Source of the DNA: Octopus bimaculoides
Lineage: Eukaryota
Length of the DNA stretch: 50,316 bases
Direction: 5' to 3'
Assembly: GCF_001194135.2 (NCBI RefSeq)
Contig: NC_068989.1
Span: forward strand, 54,096,974-54,147,289
Positions 36,662 through 47,889 of this stretch are shown here, piece after piece. Positions within the stretch are counted from its first letter, which is position 1. Every line of letters starts with the position of its first letter. Under the pieces are notes generated by a model. That model saw only the letters and a list, made by a program, of their open reading frames with translations. It ran no database searches and was not told where the DNA came from. The position numbers were made by a program, and so were the translations under genes.

Positions 36662-36870
36662 GGCAGTGAGCTGACAGAACCGTTAGTACGCCGAGCAAAA
36701 TGCTTGGTGGTATCTCGTCCGTCTTTATGATCTGAGTTCAAATTCCGCCGAGGTCGACTTTGCCTTTCATCCTTTCGAAATCGATAAAATACATAAGTAC
36801 CAGTCAAGGACGGGGGTCAATGTAATCGACTTACTCCTCCCCAAAAATTGCCGGCCATCTGCCAAAATGT
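36662..36870 (+). mobile_element. SINE (GGCGAGCTGGCAGAA family)
   Basis: GGCAGTGAGCTGACAGAACCGTTAG...TCTGAGTTCAAATTCCGCCGAGGTCGACTTTGCCTTTCATCC. A partial duplicate lies at 37612-37707. Confidence 0.88.
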
Positions 36871-38456
36871 GCTTGGGAACTGAAACTGTTTGTTAGAGAT
36901 TGTTCGTTATTGATCCCATTTCAAAATTTGCTTTTAAAGTAAATCTCGATGGGGTTGAGGCTTATTTAGCGATAAAGAACGGCATTCACTGAATGAAAAT
37001 TTTAAAATTACTCTGAGTAGAGAATGCATGCGTTTAGAATCGAAACAGATATTTGTAAATTGTTGAATTAAGTATACAAGGTATTAAGGTATAACGGCAC
37101 AAGCGCACACAAATATTAGTGAATGTGCATATTTGTGAGCGTGCATGTTTGTATATGAGAGTGCATACGGGCGTGCGTGCGTGCGTGCGTGCGTGCGTGT
37201 GTGCGTGTCTACTGTCCGGAAAAGTTCATTCAAATTGGTGATATTTTGTTTGGTACCTATAAAGTGAACACTTGCTGTACAGTAGAATTAATCTACCATG
37301 TTACCAGGTCCCGTCTACAAAGAAGTCAAATGGTGCTGCTTTAACTCCGGATACACAATCAGATCTGGCAATTTCCAATCATAAATATAGTATTTATATA
37401 GAAAAAAGTTAATACCAAAAGCAAATATATCGAAACAAGTGTGTCGACAACTGACGGGAGATAGAAATAATAACTTTAAAATAGATTTGAAACCTCATAC
37501 AATATTTTTAATGAAGAGAAATATAGTTAAGAGCAGAAATTTCACGTTATACAGTTTGATCAGTGAACGAAGGATCAAAAGTATTTTTAATATAGCATAC
37601 TGAAAGTTTTAGGCAGTGAGCTGACAGAACTGTTAGTACGCCGGGCAAAATGCTTAGTGGTATTTCGCCCATCTTTACGTTCTGAGTTCAAATTCCGCTG
37701 AGGTCGAATTATATGTGTGTGTGTGTGTGTGTGTGTATGCTCTTACATCGATGTTGATGTATTTAAAACTTCATTGATTTTCATCATGTTGCTTCATTAG
37801 GCTAAATGTTTAATAAAACACCTTGATTTCATGTCATAGTTAAGAATGTTGCCTGCGTAACGCTCGAAAACATCGTGACGAACGGTGAAATATTAAAGCT
37901 TAAAAGACAGTTTTTAGAAATACAGTAGAGAATAATTCACTTTCACTCTCAATTTTACATTAAACAATATAAAAAGAAAAAGTCTTCTGCTCAATAGGAT
38001 AGAAATATTGTTGCATGAAAGGCAAAATAAATCTGTTTATGTATACGTGTGTAAGATTGTACACTCACACAAACACTTTCACACAAACATATCCGTTTGA
38101 AAAGCAGATAATTCTTTGATAAATTCATCAGAAAAGATAAAAATTTATTCATAACTTCATGAAAAAAGGCTACCGGTTTCAACAGTTAAGTCGTTATATT
38201 CATGCAAAAGAAACGGTAAAATAAAATGAATTTAATTGAATCAATCTTACATATTAGCATTAACGAACCAGAGAATAAGCTTCTACTGTCGATCACTTGA
38301 TCTATAAGAAAAAGCAACCAAATTCTTGTATTTCATAAATTAAAGACATATATTCCAAGACAGAATAATCTGGAATGTTCTTGTTTTTACGTTGGCCAGA
38401 TGTAACGAAGTAACAAGAAAAGCTGCAATAATAGTACCACCAGTTATACACTAGCC

Positions 38457-38583
38457 ATGGAGCATGACAGTATTGCTAGTCATGAAGTTAAAGGAAATCT
38501 TGTAAACCTACATTATATGAAGAGCTATGACATTCGGGACAGATTTACTGATGAACTTGTCTCATGCTATCAACAGCTTAAGG
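38457..38583 (+). CDS. Weak candidate first coding exon (MEHDSIASHEVKGNLVNLHYMKSYDIRDRFTDELVSCYQQLK)
   Basis: Kozak-like GCCATGG, 42 open codons and a phase-1 donor AGG|GTACGT. A possible acceptor TTGGCCAG| precedes 38400. No recognised homology. Confidence 0.25.
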
Positions 38584-38839
38584 GTACGTTTGTGGGTGTT
38601 TTCGATGATTGGGTGTGTTTGGAGAACAGAAATAGACAAAAAATGAATATAGAGAAATTTATGAAGGAAGATAGTTTTTCTACCAGCGTTACTGATAAGT
38701 TTTGTTGCAGATGTTCAAGGAAGAGATAAGGAAAGCGTAACTGAGGAATAGGTTAGAAAAGGGAATGCATGTACGTATATATATATACATACATATATAC
38801 ATAAATAGAAACATAATTACATACATAAATACACACACA

Positions 38840-38874
<35 letters not shown>

Positions 38875-39061
38875 NNNNNNNNNNNNNNNNNNNNNNNNNN
38901 NNNNNNNNNNNNNNNNNNNNNNNNNNNNNNNNNNNNNNNNNNNNNNNNNNNNNNNNNNNNNNNNNNNNNNNNNNNNNNNNNNNNNNNNNNNNNNNNNNNN
39001 NNNNNNNNNNNNNNNNNNNNNNNNNNNNNNNNNNNNNNNNNNNNNNNNNNNNNNNNNNNNN

Positions 39062-39126
<65 letters not shown>

Positions 39127-39189
39127 CTGTATCAAGATACATCAAAGAGAGAGGGAGAGAGATTCAAAGAATGAGGATTTTTTTTTAAA

Positions 39190-40620
39190 GAAGAGAAGTT
39201 AAAAATATGAGGAATATGTACCTCAGGGAGGAAGTGGATTGGGAATGTTATCAACCTCGGAAGGATAAAAGACAAATTAAATCCTGGCGGGATTTGAACT
39301 AACTCGGTACGCAAAGAAATGTAATAAAATCTTGCAAGGGATTTAGCATAGCCCTCCACAGTATGCCCCACTCCACTGCCACCATCAGTACCAAAAGTAC
39401 ACATTTTTATATACTGTTATATTACATATTTATCCTTTTTGTTAATTATTGCTTTAGTTGTTCTTGCAATTTCTCTTGTACGCTGCAATGCCTTTTCCCG
39501 CTAGAGAGTTTAAGCTCAGCAGCACTGCTCCAATAATATGAATCCACTCTACAATATCCTTGCCACATGCAGCGTTGAGCTGCAGGTCTTGTTTATTGCT
39601 CATATTTTACCCAGCAGGATAAGAATGTTACAAATGATTGTTAATTTGCACTAATTTGGTCATTATTACATCGGCTTATAAGCATGTTATTTTACTGCGA
39701 AAGTATAAGGAAATATTAACTACTACATATTGTAAAACTTTCTAAAAAAATGTCGTTGACGAAAAATAACCTGACTTAAAAATATTTGCTCCAAATTTCT
39801 CAAGGGAGAAATGACACTGAAAGCTCTGAAAAAAAACAAAAAACAAAATGCTTTGCAGTATTTCTTCTAGCTCTTGATAGTGTTAATTCAGATCTTGCAG
39901 AGTTCAACTTTGCCTTACATTCTACGGAGGTCGATAAAAAGAAAAGACTAGTCAGTATATATGGTCGGCCTGATGCTATAGTAGGAGACACCTGCCGAAG
40001 GTCCCACGCGGTGGCACTGAATCCTGAAGGTTGAGATTGAGAAGCAACCTTCTTACCCAGCAGCCATGCTAGCGCCTGAGCAGAATGCCATCAGTTTTGT
40101 GGGAGGAGGTTTAGACAACTGCATCAACTGCCAGTTCTTGAATGGTGCTGGTATTTTGTTTTATTTTATTTTATTTTATTTTATTTTATGGACTCTGAAG
40201 GGATGAAAAGCAATACTTGCTTCGATTAGATTTGAACTCAAAACGTATAGAGCCAATGGTGAGTTTATTAGTTAAGAACACAACCAGCAATTATGTTGGG
40301 GTTGGGGTTTTGTCGATGTCATTGATCTCTGGAAGGACGAAAGGCACAAATGTACACGGTGGAATGTGAACTGTTAGTAAAATCCGGAAGAGATTTAATT
40401 ATCCTTTCCTCCAATAAAAACAAATCTTGAAATCTGTTGGGAGGACTTAGTCTATTTTATCGACTTCAATTCTTGACTTGTACTTATTTTAACAATCCCG
40501 TTAGGGTGAAAGGTGCAGTTGACTTCGACGCAACTTGAATACAGAACGTAAAGCCACAAGAAATGCTGCTAAGCACTTTGGCCGGTGTGCTAACGATTGT
40601 ACCAATTCACCGCTCTTGTA
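39190..40620. mobile_element. Cluster of at least five diverged SINE fragments
   Basis: Repeated GGATGAAAGGC/TTTGAACTCA motifs on the minus strand (39260-39330, 40195-40245, 40330-40375, 40500-40610), plus an 11064-family head at about 39950-40078. Confidence 0.7.
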
Positions 40621-40710
40621 AGAGATTCAATTATTAGAAAAATCACAAGATGAGTTATGAGCACTGACCAACCGTGTAAACTACTATACTACAGGGTTGA
40701 TTCACATAAA

Positions 40711-40947
40711 TGAAGGCGCGTGGCTTAGTGGTAAGGGGTATTCAGCTCACGATCGTAAGGTAGTGAGTTCAATTCCCAGCGACACGTTGTGTCCTTGAAC
40801 AAGACTCTTTACCTCACGTTGTTCCAGTCCACTCAGCTGGCAAAAATGAGTAATATCTGTATTTCAAAGGGCTAGCCTTGTCAAACCCTGTGCCACGCTG
40901 AATCTCCCTAAGAATTACGTTAAGGGTAGGCGTGTATGTGGAGTGCT
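40711..40947 (+). mobile_element. tRNA-derived CORE-like SINE (body A, tail 2), 3'-truncated
   Basis: Head TGAAGGCGCGTGGCTTAGTGG; body GTTGTGTCCTTGAACAAGAC...CACTCAGCTGGCAAAAATGAGT; tail AAAGGGCTAGCCTTGTCA...ACGTTAAGGGTA. Confidence 0.88.
40721..40777 (+). promoter_or_regulatory. SINE internal RNA polymerase III promoter (A box and B box)
   Basis: TGGCTTAGTGG at 40721-40731 and GAGTTCAATTCCC at 40765-40777, with tRNA-like spacing. Confidence 0.6.
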
Positions 40948-42093
40948 AATCTTAGTGGAACTTTTTATTGAAATTAGTTTTTGAATATTCCCCAAATAAA
41001 TTCAATATTCCATTTATTCAATAATTCAATAATGCGCCAAAAAATCTAAACTACCTATGGTTACAAACAAATGAATGAACGTCTACGTGGTCACTCGAAA
41101 TAGCAGACAAAGATGAAATGCCAGCTCAACTTCGACGGAATTCCACTCAGATATACACTAAATGCCACAAGGCATTTTCTCCGCCGTTCTACCGATTCTA
41201 TCATTTTATCAATATTTAATACATACATTACCAAAATTCGATTATATAGTTTAATTAGACAATCCTCTTACATTTGAAAGCACTAATTTATTCATTAGGT
41301 AAACAACTTTACCACCTTACATTAAAATAATAACGTTTCAGATGTACTGTTATACAAAAAGGAATACATATATTAATCGTTTATATATATTCCATGATTC
41401 AAATCATTGAGAAATAGCACAAAATTAATTTAACATTTGGATACAATATTGTGAAATGAAGCCGTCAAAATTCATCAAAGTGACCTTGTCCCACAGTTAA
41501 ACAGAGAACAATTTAAGAATATCTTTCACATTTTGCACACAGAGTATTTTCGGAGTGGGCTGGATTAGTTTCGTCATTTGGCAGGCTTAACTGTTTCCCG
41601 TCAATGAAACACTTTGGCGTTATTTAAAGGTCATCAGTAATGTCTTCAGAAATTGCAATTCGAGATTGCTTGTTGCTAAACGCTGAAATCAGAAATGGGA
41701 TATTTTGTCAAATCGATAGATATTTCTCTTTTTACTGTGCTTCATAAATGCGGTACGTAACTTACTATGTCAAACCGATTTACCATTTCAATTTTGTGCT
41801 AATTAAAACTTAGCTCTTTATAAACGGCAATTTCTAATTGTTGTCCCGAGTAATTACTTCTTAATAGTCATCACTAAATGTATCAGTAGGGGTCTAAATT
41901 GAACATTTCCTTCACTGAAGAAAATAATAAAGTTAATTTAAGAGATAGTTCTTACTTATTTCACGCTTGAATTATCCTTTTTATTTTCAAGAAACATTGA
42001 TGGTTAATTTCAGTAAAATATTAACTCACTGGGCGTCTCGAAGTTTATCTATAAAAATGTTCTCACAGTAATGGTTATATTCTATATTTGTAG

Positions 42094-42253
42094 AGGCATG
42101 GTTGTGCGATAAGTAACTTGATTCTCAATCGCGTGTCTTTTGGTTAAGTCTCACTACGCAGTGCCTAAGGCAAGATTCCTGTATTATTACCCGGAGCCGA
42201 CCAAAGATTTGGGAATGGATTTGATTGAAGGAAACTGAAAGAAGCCCATCAGG

Positions 42254-42299
<46 letters not shown>

Positions 42300-42384
42300 A
42301 GTGTGTGTGTGTGTGTGTGTGTATGTGTTGGCATTTGTCGCCGACCTCCGTTCGACAACTGGTGTTGGTTTATGTACGTCTCCG
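42094..42384 (+). mobile_element. SINE (11064 family) with an expanded internal microsatellite, running into a gap
   Basis: Head...GGAAACTGAAAGAAGCCC, then (TA)n(TG)n, then CGTTCGACAACTGGTGTTGGTTTATGTACGTC. Confidence 0.8.
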
Positions 42385-43341
42385 NNNNNNNNNNNNNNNN
42401 NNNNNNNNNNNNNNNNNNNNNNNNNNNNNNNNNNNNNNNNNNNNNNNNNNNNNNNNNNNNNNNNNNNNNNNNNNNNNNNNNNNNNNNNNNNNNNNNNNNN
42501 NNNNNNNNNNNNNNNNNNNNNNNNNNNNNNNNNNNNNNNNNNNNNNNNNNNNNNNNNNNNNNNNNNNNNNNNNNNNNNNNNNNNNNNNNNNNNNNNNNNN
42601 NNNNNNNNNNNNNNNNNNNNNNNNNNNNNNNNNNNNNNNNNNNNNNNNNNNNNNNNNNNNNNNNNNNNNNNNNNNNNNNNNNNNNNNNNNNNNNNNNNNN
42701 NNNNNNNNNNNNNNNNNNNNNNNNNNNNNNNNNNNNNNNNNNNNNNNNNNNNNNNNNNNNNNNNNNNNNNNNNNNNNNNNNNNNNNNNNNNNNNNNNNNN
42801 NNNNNNNNNNNNNNNNNNNNNNNNNNNNNNNNNNNNNNNNNNNNNNNNNNNNNNNNNNNNNNNNNNNNNNNNNNNNNNNNNNNNNNNNNNNNNNNNNNNN
42901 NNNNNNNNNNNNNNNNNNNNNNNNNNNNNNNNNNNNNNNNNNNNNNNNNNNNNNNNNNNNNNNNNNNNNNNNNNNNNNNNNNNNNNNNNNNNNNNNNNNN
43001 NNNNNNNNNNNNNNNNNNNNNNNNNNNNNNNNNNNNNNNNNNNNNNNNNNNNNNNNNNNNNNNNNNNNNNNNNNNNNNNNNNNNNNNNNNNNNNNNNNNN
43101 NNNNNNNNNNNNNNNNNNNNNNNNNNNNNNNNNNNNNNNNNNNNNNNNNNNNNNNNNNNNNNNNNNNNNNNNNNNNNNNNNNNNNNNNNNNNNNNNNNNN
43201 NNNNNNNNNNNNNNNNNNNNNNNNNNNNNNNNNNNNNNNNNNNNNNNNNNNNNNNNNNNNNNNNNNNNNNNNNNNNNNNNNNNNNNNNNNNNNNNNNNNN
43301 NNNNNNNNNNNNNNNNNNNNNNNNNNNNNNNNNNNNNNNNN

Positions 43342-43372
<31 letters not shown>

Positions 43373-43613
43373 AGCGTCTATACAGATACACACACGTACA
43401 CACATACATAGGGATAACTCTCACAAATAGAGAGAGAGAGAAAAAAAGTGAGAGAGAGAGTGAAGGTTGAAGTGAAGGGGAGAATAAGAGAAGTAGTCGT
43501 AAGAGTGTTCCTTCAGCCAATGGTTCATTGGTTAGTCCTCTCATCATTGATCAGTCATCTCTCATTGCAAGAGAAAAGTCATATTGAGTTCTAAATTTCA
43601 TTCTCTGACTTAG

Positions 43614-43728
43614 TGCCAGGATCATCACAGAAAAGTTCTACTATGCAGACCTTAGCGGCTGTAGAACAACGATACCTGATAACAGTAGTGAATTATCTCA
43701 GTTCTCAACTCCAGGTTTTCCAACTCTG
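43614..43728 (+). CDS. Weak candidate exon (PGSSQKSSTMQTLAAVEQRYLITVVNYLSSQLQVFQL)
   Basis: Acceptor TTTCATTCTCTGACTTAG| and donor CTG|GTAGGG (weak). It is open in phase 1 to phase 2, and a second frame is also open. Confidence 0.2.
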
Positions 43729-43938
43729 GTAGGGAATCAGAATGTTCTCACCAGACTGTTTCCAACACTTGTTTGGAACGCAGTTCTCACTTTTGCTATG
43801 AAAACAAGATGCTTGCAGCAAAGCTGCTGTAGCTATGATCATCAAAGTCACCCATCTTAATACACGCACTCTTGTTTTTTTCTTCTGTTAGTGTGTGTGT
43901 ATGTGTGTGTGTGTGCGTCCGTGTGCGTTCGTGTGCGT

Positions 43939-43989
<51 letters not shown>

Positions 43990-44009
43990 GATTCTTTGGT
44001 TTTCTTTTT

Positions 44010-44345
44010 TCAATCTCGCTGTCATCGGCCATGGGGAATCGGCAACACGTCAGAGGCTAGCGTTCTGTATAACTCCTTAGTTGAGTACTTACCTGTTGAC
44101 GTTGGATGTAATACGGTTGTTTCTTGGCCGTTGTATCCAAGGCTGAGGGCGTATCTTTGGAACCAGCGTTGCTATGCCACTTGAGATTAATGGTGGAAAA
44201 TGTCCCGAATCCTCGGATGGTTCAATTCAATCTGACTGTGAATTCTCACTCGTTAGTGGACGCCATAACAAAAATGCCCTTAAGTTTCATAATTCGGAAT
44301 ACGAAAACTTTACTGGACATAAATATTTCTGGAAGGGCTTGAATG
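44010..44345 (-). mobile_element. Possible LINE RT N-terminal relic (alternatively a plus-strand coding fragment)
   Basis: The minus strand gives SGHFPPLISSGIATLVPK, resembling the G.FP...GI.TL.PK RT motif. The plus strand also has two frames open for more than 60 codons. Confidence 0.3.
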
Positions 44346-44532
44346 AGTAAAGGATATAATCACATGTGTACTTCATTTAAACGCAGGCATTGCTGAATAA
44401 TTGATAAGAGTAACATGACTCAGAATGGCCTCGTGTGTGTTTGTGTGTGCGTGTGTGTATACAATTGTGTGTTTGCATTTACATATATGTATGTGTGTAT
44501 ATGTATTATACACATATATATGTGTATATACG

Positions 44533-44569
<37 letters not shown>

Positions 44570-45653
44570 NNNNNNNNNNNNNNNNNNNNNNNNNNNNNNN
44601 NNNNNNNNNNNNNNNNNNNNNNNNNNNNNNNNNNNNNNNNNNNNNNNNNNNNNNNNNNNNNNNNNNNNNNNNNNNNNNNNNNNNNNNNNNNNNNNNNNNN
44701 NNNNNNNNNNNNNNNNNNNNNNNNNNNNNNNNNNNNNNNNNNNNNNNNNNNNNNNNNNNNNNNNNNNNNNNNNNNNNNNNNNNNNNNNNNNNNNNNNNNN
44801 NNNNNNNNNNNNNNNNNNNNNNNNNNNNNNNNNNNNNNNNNNNNNNNNNNNNNNNNNNNNNNNNNNNNNNNNNNNNNNNNNNNNNNNNNNNNNNNNNNNN
44901 NNNNNNNNNNNNNNNNNNNNNNNNNNNNNNNNNNNNNNNNNNNNNNNNNNNNNNNNNNNNNNNNNNNNNNNNNNNNNNNNNNNNNNNNNNNNNNNNNNNN
45001 NNNNNNNNNNNNNNNNNNNNNNNNNNNNNNNNNNNNNNNNNNNNNNNNNNNNNNNNNNNNNNNNNNNNNNNNNNNNNNNNNNNNNNNNNNNNNNNNNNNN
45101 NNNNNNNNNNNNNNNNNNNNNNNNNNNNNNNNNNNNNNNNNNNNNNNNNNNNNNNNNNNNNNNNNNNNNNNNNNNNNNNNNNNNNNNNNNNNNNNNNNNA
45201 TATAGGGTTATCTCATAGATAATGCAGTATTTTCAGTTGCATGAGCTAAAATTCGGAGGGGGATGGGATAAAATATCTGTATCAGCTTGTATAAAAGCAG
45301 GTAGTATTCTTAAAAGTGGCATACACACACATAGATATATACACCACATACACACGCATACTTTCTACTTCTCTGTCTTTTTCACACTTTCTCTTGTCTC
45401 CTTGGTTATTTTCCACCCCACCCGTAATGTTAGCTACATCCACCACCCTTTAAACATACCCACATACTTAAAACCATCAATACTCAAACCCACGCAACAA
45501 CAACAGCAGACAATATAACAATACAACAGAAGCGTGCCAGTCACGTGACATGCCGCATGTGACTCCACCCATGGCGTTTTCCTTTATATTCCCATTGTTA
45601 GCTATGTTTCTGTTTCTTCTCTTTGCCGCTGCCTCTCATATTGTTGCTGTTGC

Positions 45654-45739
45654 TCTTCTTCTTCTTCTTCTTCTTCTTCTTCTTCTTCTTCTTCTTCTTC
45701 TTCTTCTTCTTCTTCTTCTTCTTCTTCTTCTTCTTCTTC

Positions 45740-45815
<76 letters not shown>

Positions 45816-45855
45816 ATTATTATCATTATTATAATTATTATTATTATTATTATTG
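45654..45855. repeat. (CTT)n(ATT)n compound microsatellite
   Basis: Direct repeats. Confidence 0.95.
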
Positions 45856-46972
45856 TTACTGTCCTTTCTCTCCTCGTTCCTTTATTAACTTCGTAAAGTT
45901 TTTTTTTTCCTTTCCTACGTCCCCAACTCACGGATGATACAAAGGCCANNNNNNNNNNNNNNNNNNNNNNNNNNNNNNNNNNNNNNNNNNNNNNNNNNNN
46001 NNNNNNNNNNNNNNNNNNNNNNNNNNNNNNNNNNNNNNNNNNNNNNNNNNNNNNNNNNNNNNNNNNNNNNNNNNNNNNNNNNNNNNNNNNNNNNNNNNNN
46101 NNNNNNNNNNNNNNNNNNNNNNNNNNNNNNNNNNNNNNNNNNNNNNNNNNNNNNNNNNNNNNNNNNNNNNNNNNNNNNNNNNNNNNNNNNNNNNNNNNNN
46201 NNNNNNNNNNNNNNNNNNNNNNNNNNNNNNNNNNNNNNNNNNNNNNNNNNNNNNNNNNNNNNNNNNNNNNNNNNNNNNNNNNNNNNNNNNNNNNNNNNNN
46301 NNNNNATCTTCAATTAAAAACCAACTGCCCAACCACCCAACCACCCAGCCAGGTCCATCTCCAACGCCAGCCCCCAGTCCCCAGTCCCCAGCCCCCAACT
46401 TTCATCATCAGTTGAATAGTCAGTGTGTACATTGTCTTTTTAGGATATAGTGTAGTTGTTTTTTAGGGGTTTTGGCGAGGTGGGGGTGTGTGGGGGCGTT
46501 GACGTTGTTGTTTAGTCCTCTCTTCAGTTCCAGTCTCTTCTTCTTTCACTCGCTTCAGTCATTGTACTTCGGCCATACTGGGGCACCGCCTTGAAAAGAG
46601 TTTGGTACTTGTTTTATCGGTCTCTTATTGCCAAACCACTAGCTTACGGGGTCGTAAACAACATCGGTTGACAAATACAATACAAAGATAGACGCACGTG
46701 GATACATGCCACTGCTTTTTAATTGTCAGACGATTATTGTTTGTAAAATAGTATTTCCAAATCTTTGAAGCTATTAGTCTTGTTGTGAATATATTCAGAT
46801 CGGCTCCTTATTTCTCTGGGATTTCGATTAACAATAAAGGTCGAAAATCGATTAGGGGTGTTCCTCATTTTTTTACAATCTACGGAGAAATTTGCCATCG
46901 TTGTATTTCTAATTCGTAGGTTTACACTTACACTTACACACACACACACATGTATATATATGTATATATGTT

Positions 46973-47047
<75 letters not shown>

Positions 47048-47259
47048 TGGACCTCTTTTAGTTTCCTTCTGTTAGAACAGTCAGATGTCAGTTCACCTGG
47101 AAAACAACAAGGCATTTATGAATGAGTTGCAATTAATGTATGCAAGATTTCACAGTTTTAGGATCACTCTTTCATAAACAGCCTATGAACTTTTCAGCCT
47201 ACCCTCGTACACAGACACGCCTACACATATGCATTTTGTTTTTTTTTTCTTTGTAACAG

Positions 47260-47397
47260 TTTTAGTGGAAATCATCAGAGTATTCAAAGCTTCCCTCCAT
47301 TGAAGGAAGATGTTCGATTGTTAGTATACTTCTGGCAAAGAGCTGTTTCTATTGTTAGCTTTACTAGGGGGAACGAGAGCCATGAAAAAGAGAATTG
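47260..47397 (+). CDS. Weak candidate exon (FSGNHQSIQSFPPLKEDVRLLVYFWQRAVSIVSFTRGNESHEKEN)
   Basis: Strong acceptor TTTTTTTTCTTTGTAACAG| and one open frame of 138 nt, but a weak donor TTG|GTGATA near a SINE-tail remnant. Confidence 0.15.
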
Positions 47398-47889
47398 GTG
47401 ATAGAATTCACTTCGAAAGATGCTCCAGTGTATGTCAATGTCAACCGCGTTCACTGTATCTTAGAAAATTATCAATAATCAAAGAGATTCTACAGATTTC
47501 CGACCATTTCTGCAACCAGCTATAGAGAAAGTTATCTAACGCGTGTCTGCAATCAATCCATGCAATGGAAAGATGTTTGCATCATTTATGACAATCTCTC
47601 AGTATAAATTAATTGATTAAAAGCTAGTCTTTACACTCATACGTGCTACGTTTACAGCAATTTATTCATTAGTGGACATTTTGTTATCCATTAGGAATGT
47701 TTAAATGTATTCAGTAATGATGGATGTTACAGTTTGGAGAATTATCAGCACTTTGGAGTAGCAAGTAAGTTATTCTATTTACGGCTAGTCAGGAAGGAAT
47801 TTTCCTGGGATCACACAAAATTGTTTTCTCTCATAGGATTCAAGAAGTGTAGCCAGTCAGAAAGTAGGGATTCTATCTTTTGCAAATGA

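Noticed and set aside
39459-39603. Minus-strand 49-aa frame resembling a PH-domain C-terminal helix (LQLNAACGKDIVEWIHII)
   Set aside because: It has no credible splice sites, an in-frame stop immediately upstream, and only a short similarity.
45237-45300. Possible 64-nt exon LHELKFGGGWDKISVSACIKA
   Set aside because: It has a short pyrimidine tract and a weak donor (GTAGTA), and its phase does not fit the other candidates.
45540-45549. Perfect GTCACGTGAC (CLEAR/E-box) palindrome; similar motif at about 48615-48624
   Set aside because: It is a single 10-mer with no promoter context, and the second lies in a mariner 5' UTR.
45550-45937. Poly-Leu/Ile/Phe membrane-like ORFs (also 18483-18836)
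   Set aside because: They are translations of (CTT)n/(ATT)n/(AGT)n repeats.
1739-46398. Long ORFs spanning N-runs (for example 26623-27972, 28129-29505, 42125-43547)
   Set aside because: They are open only because N codons are not stops.
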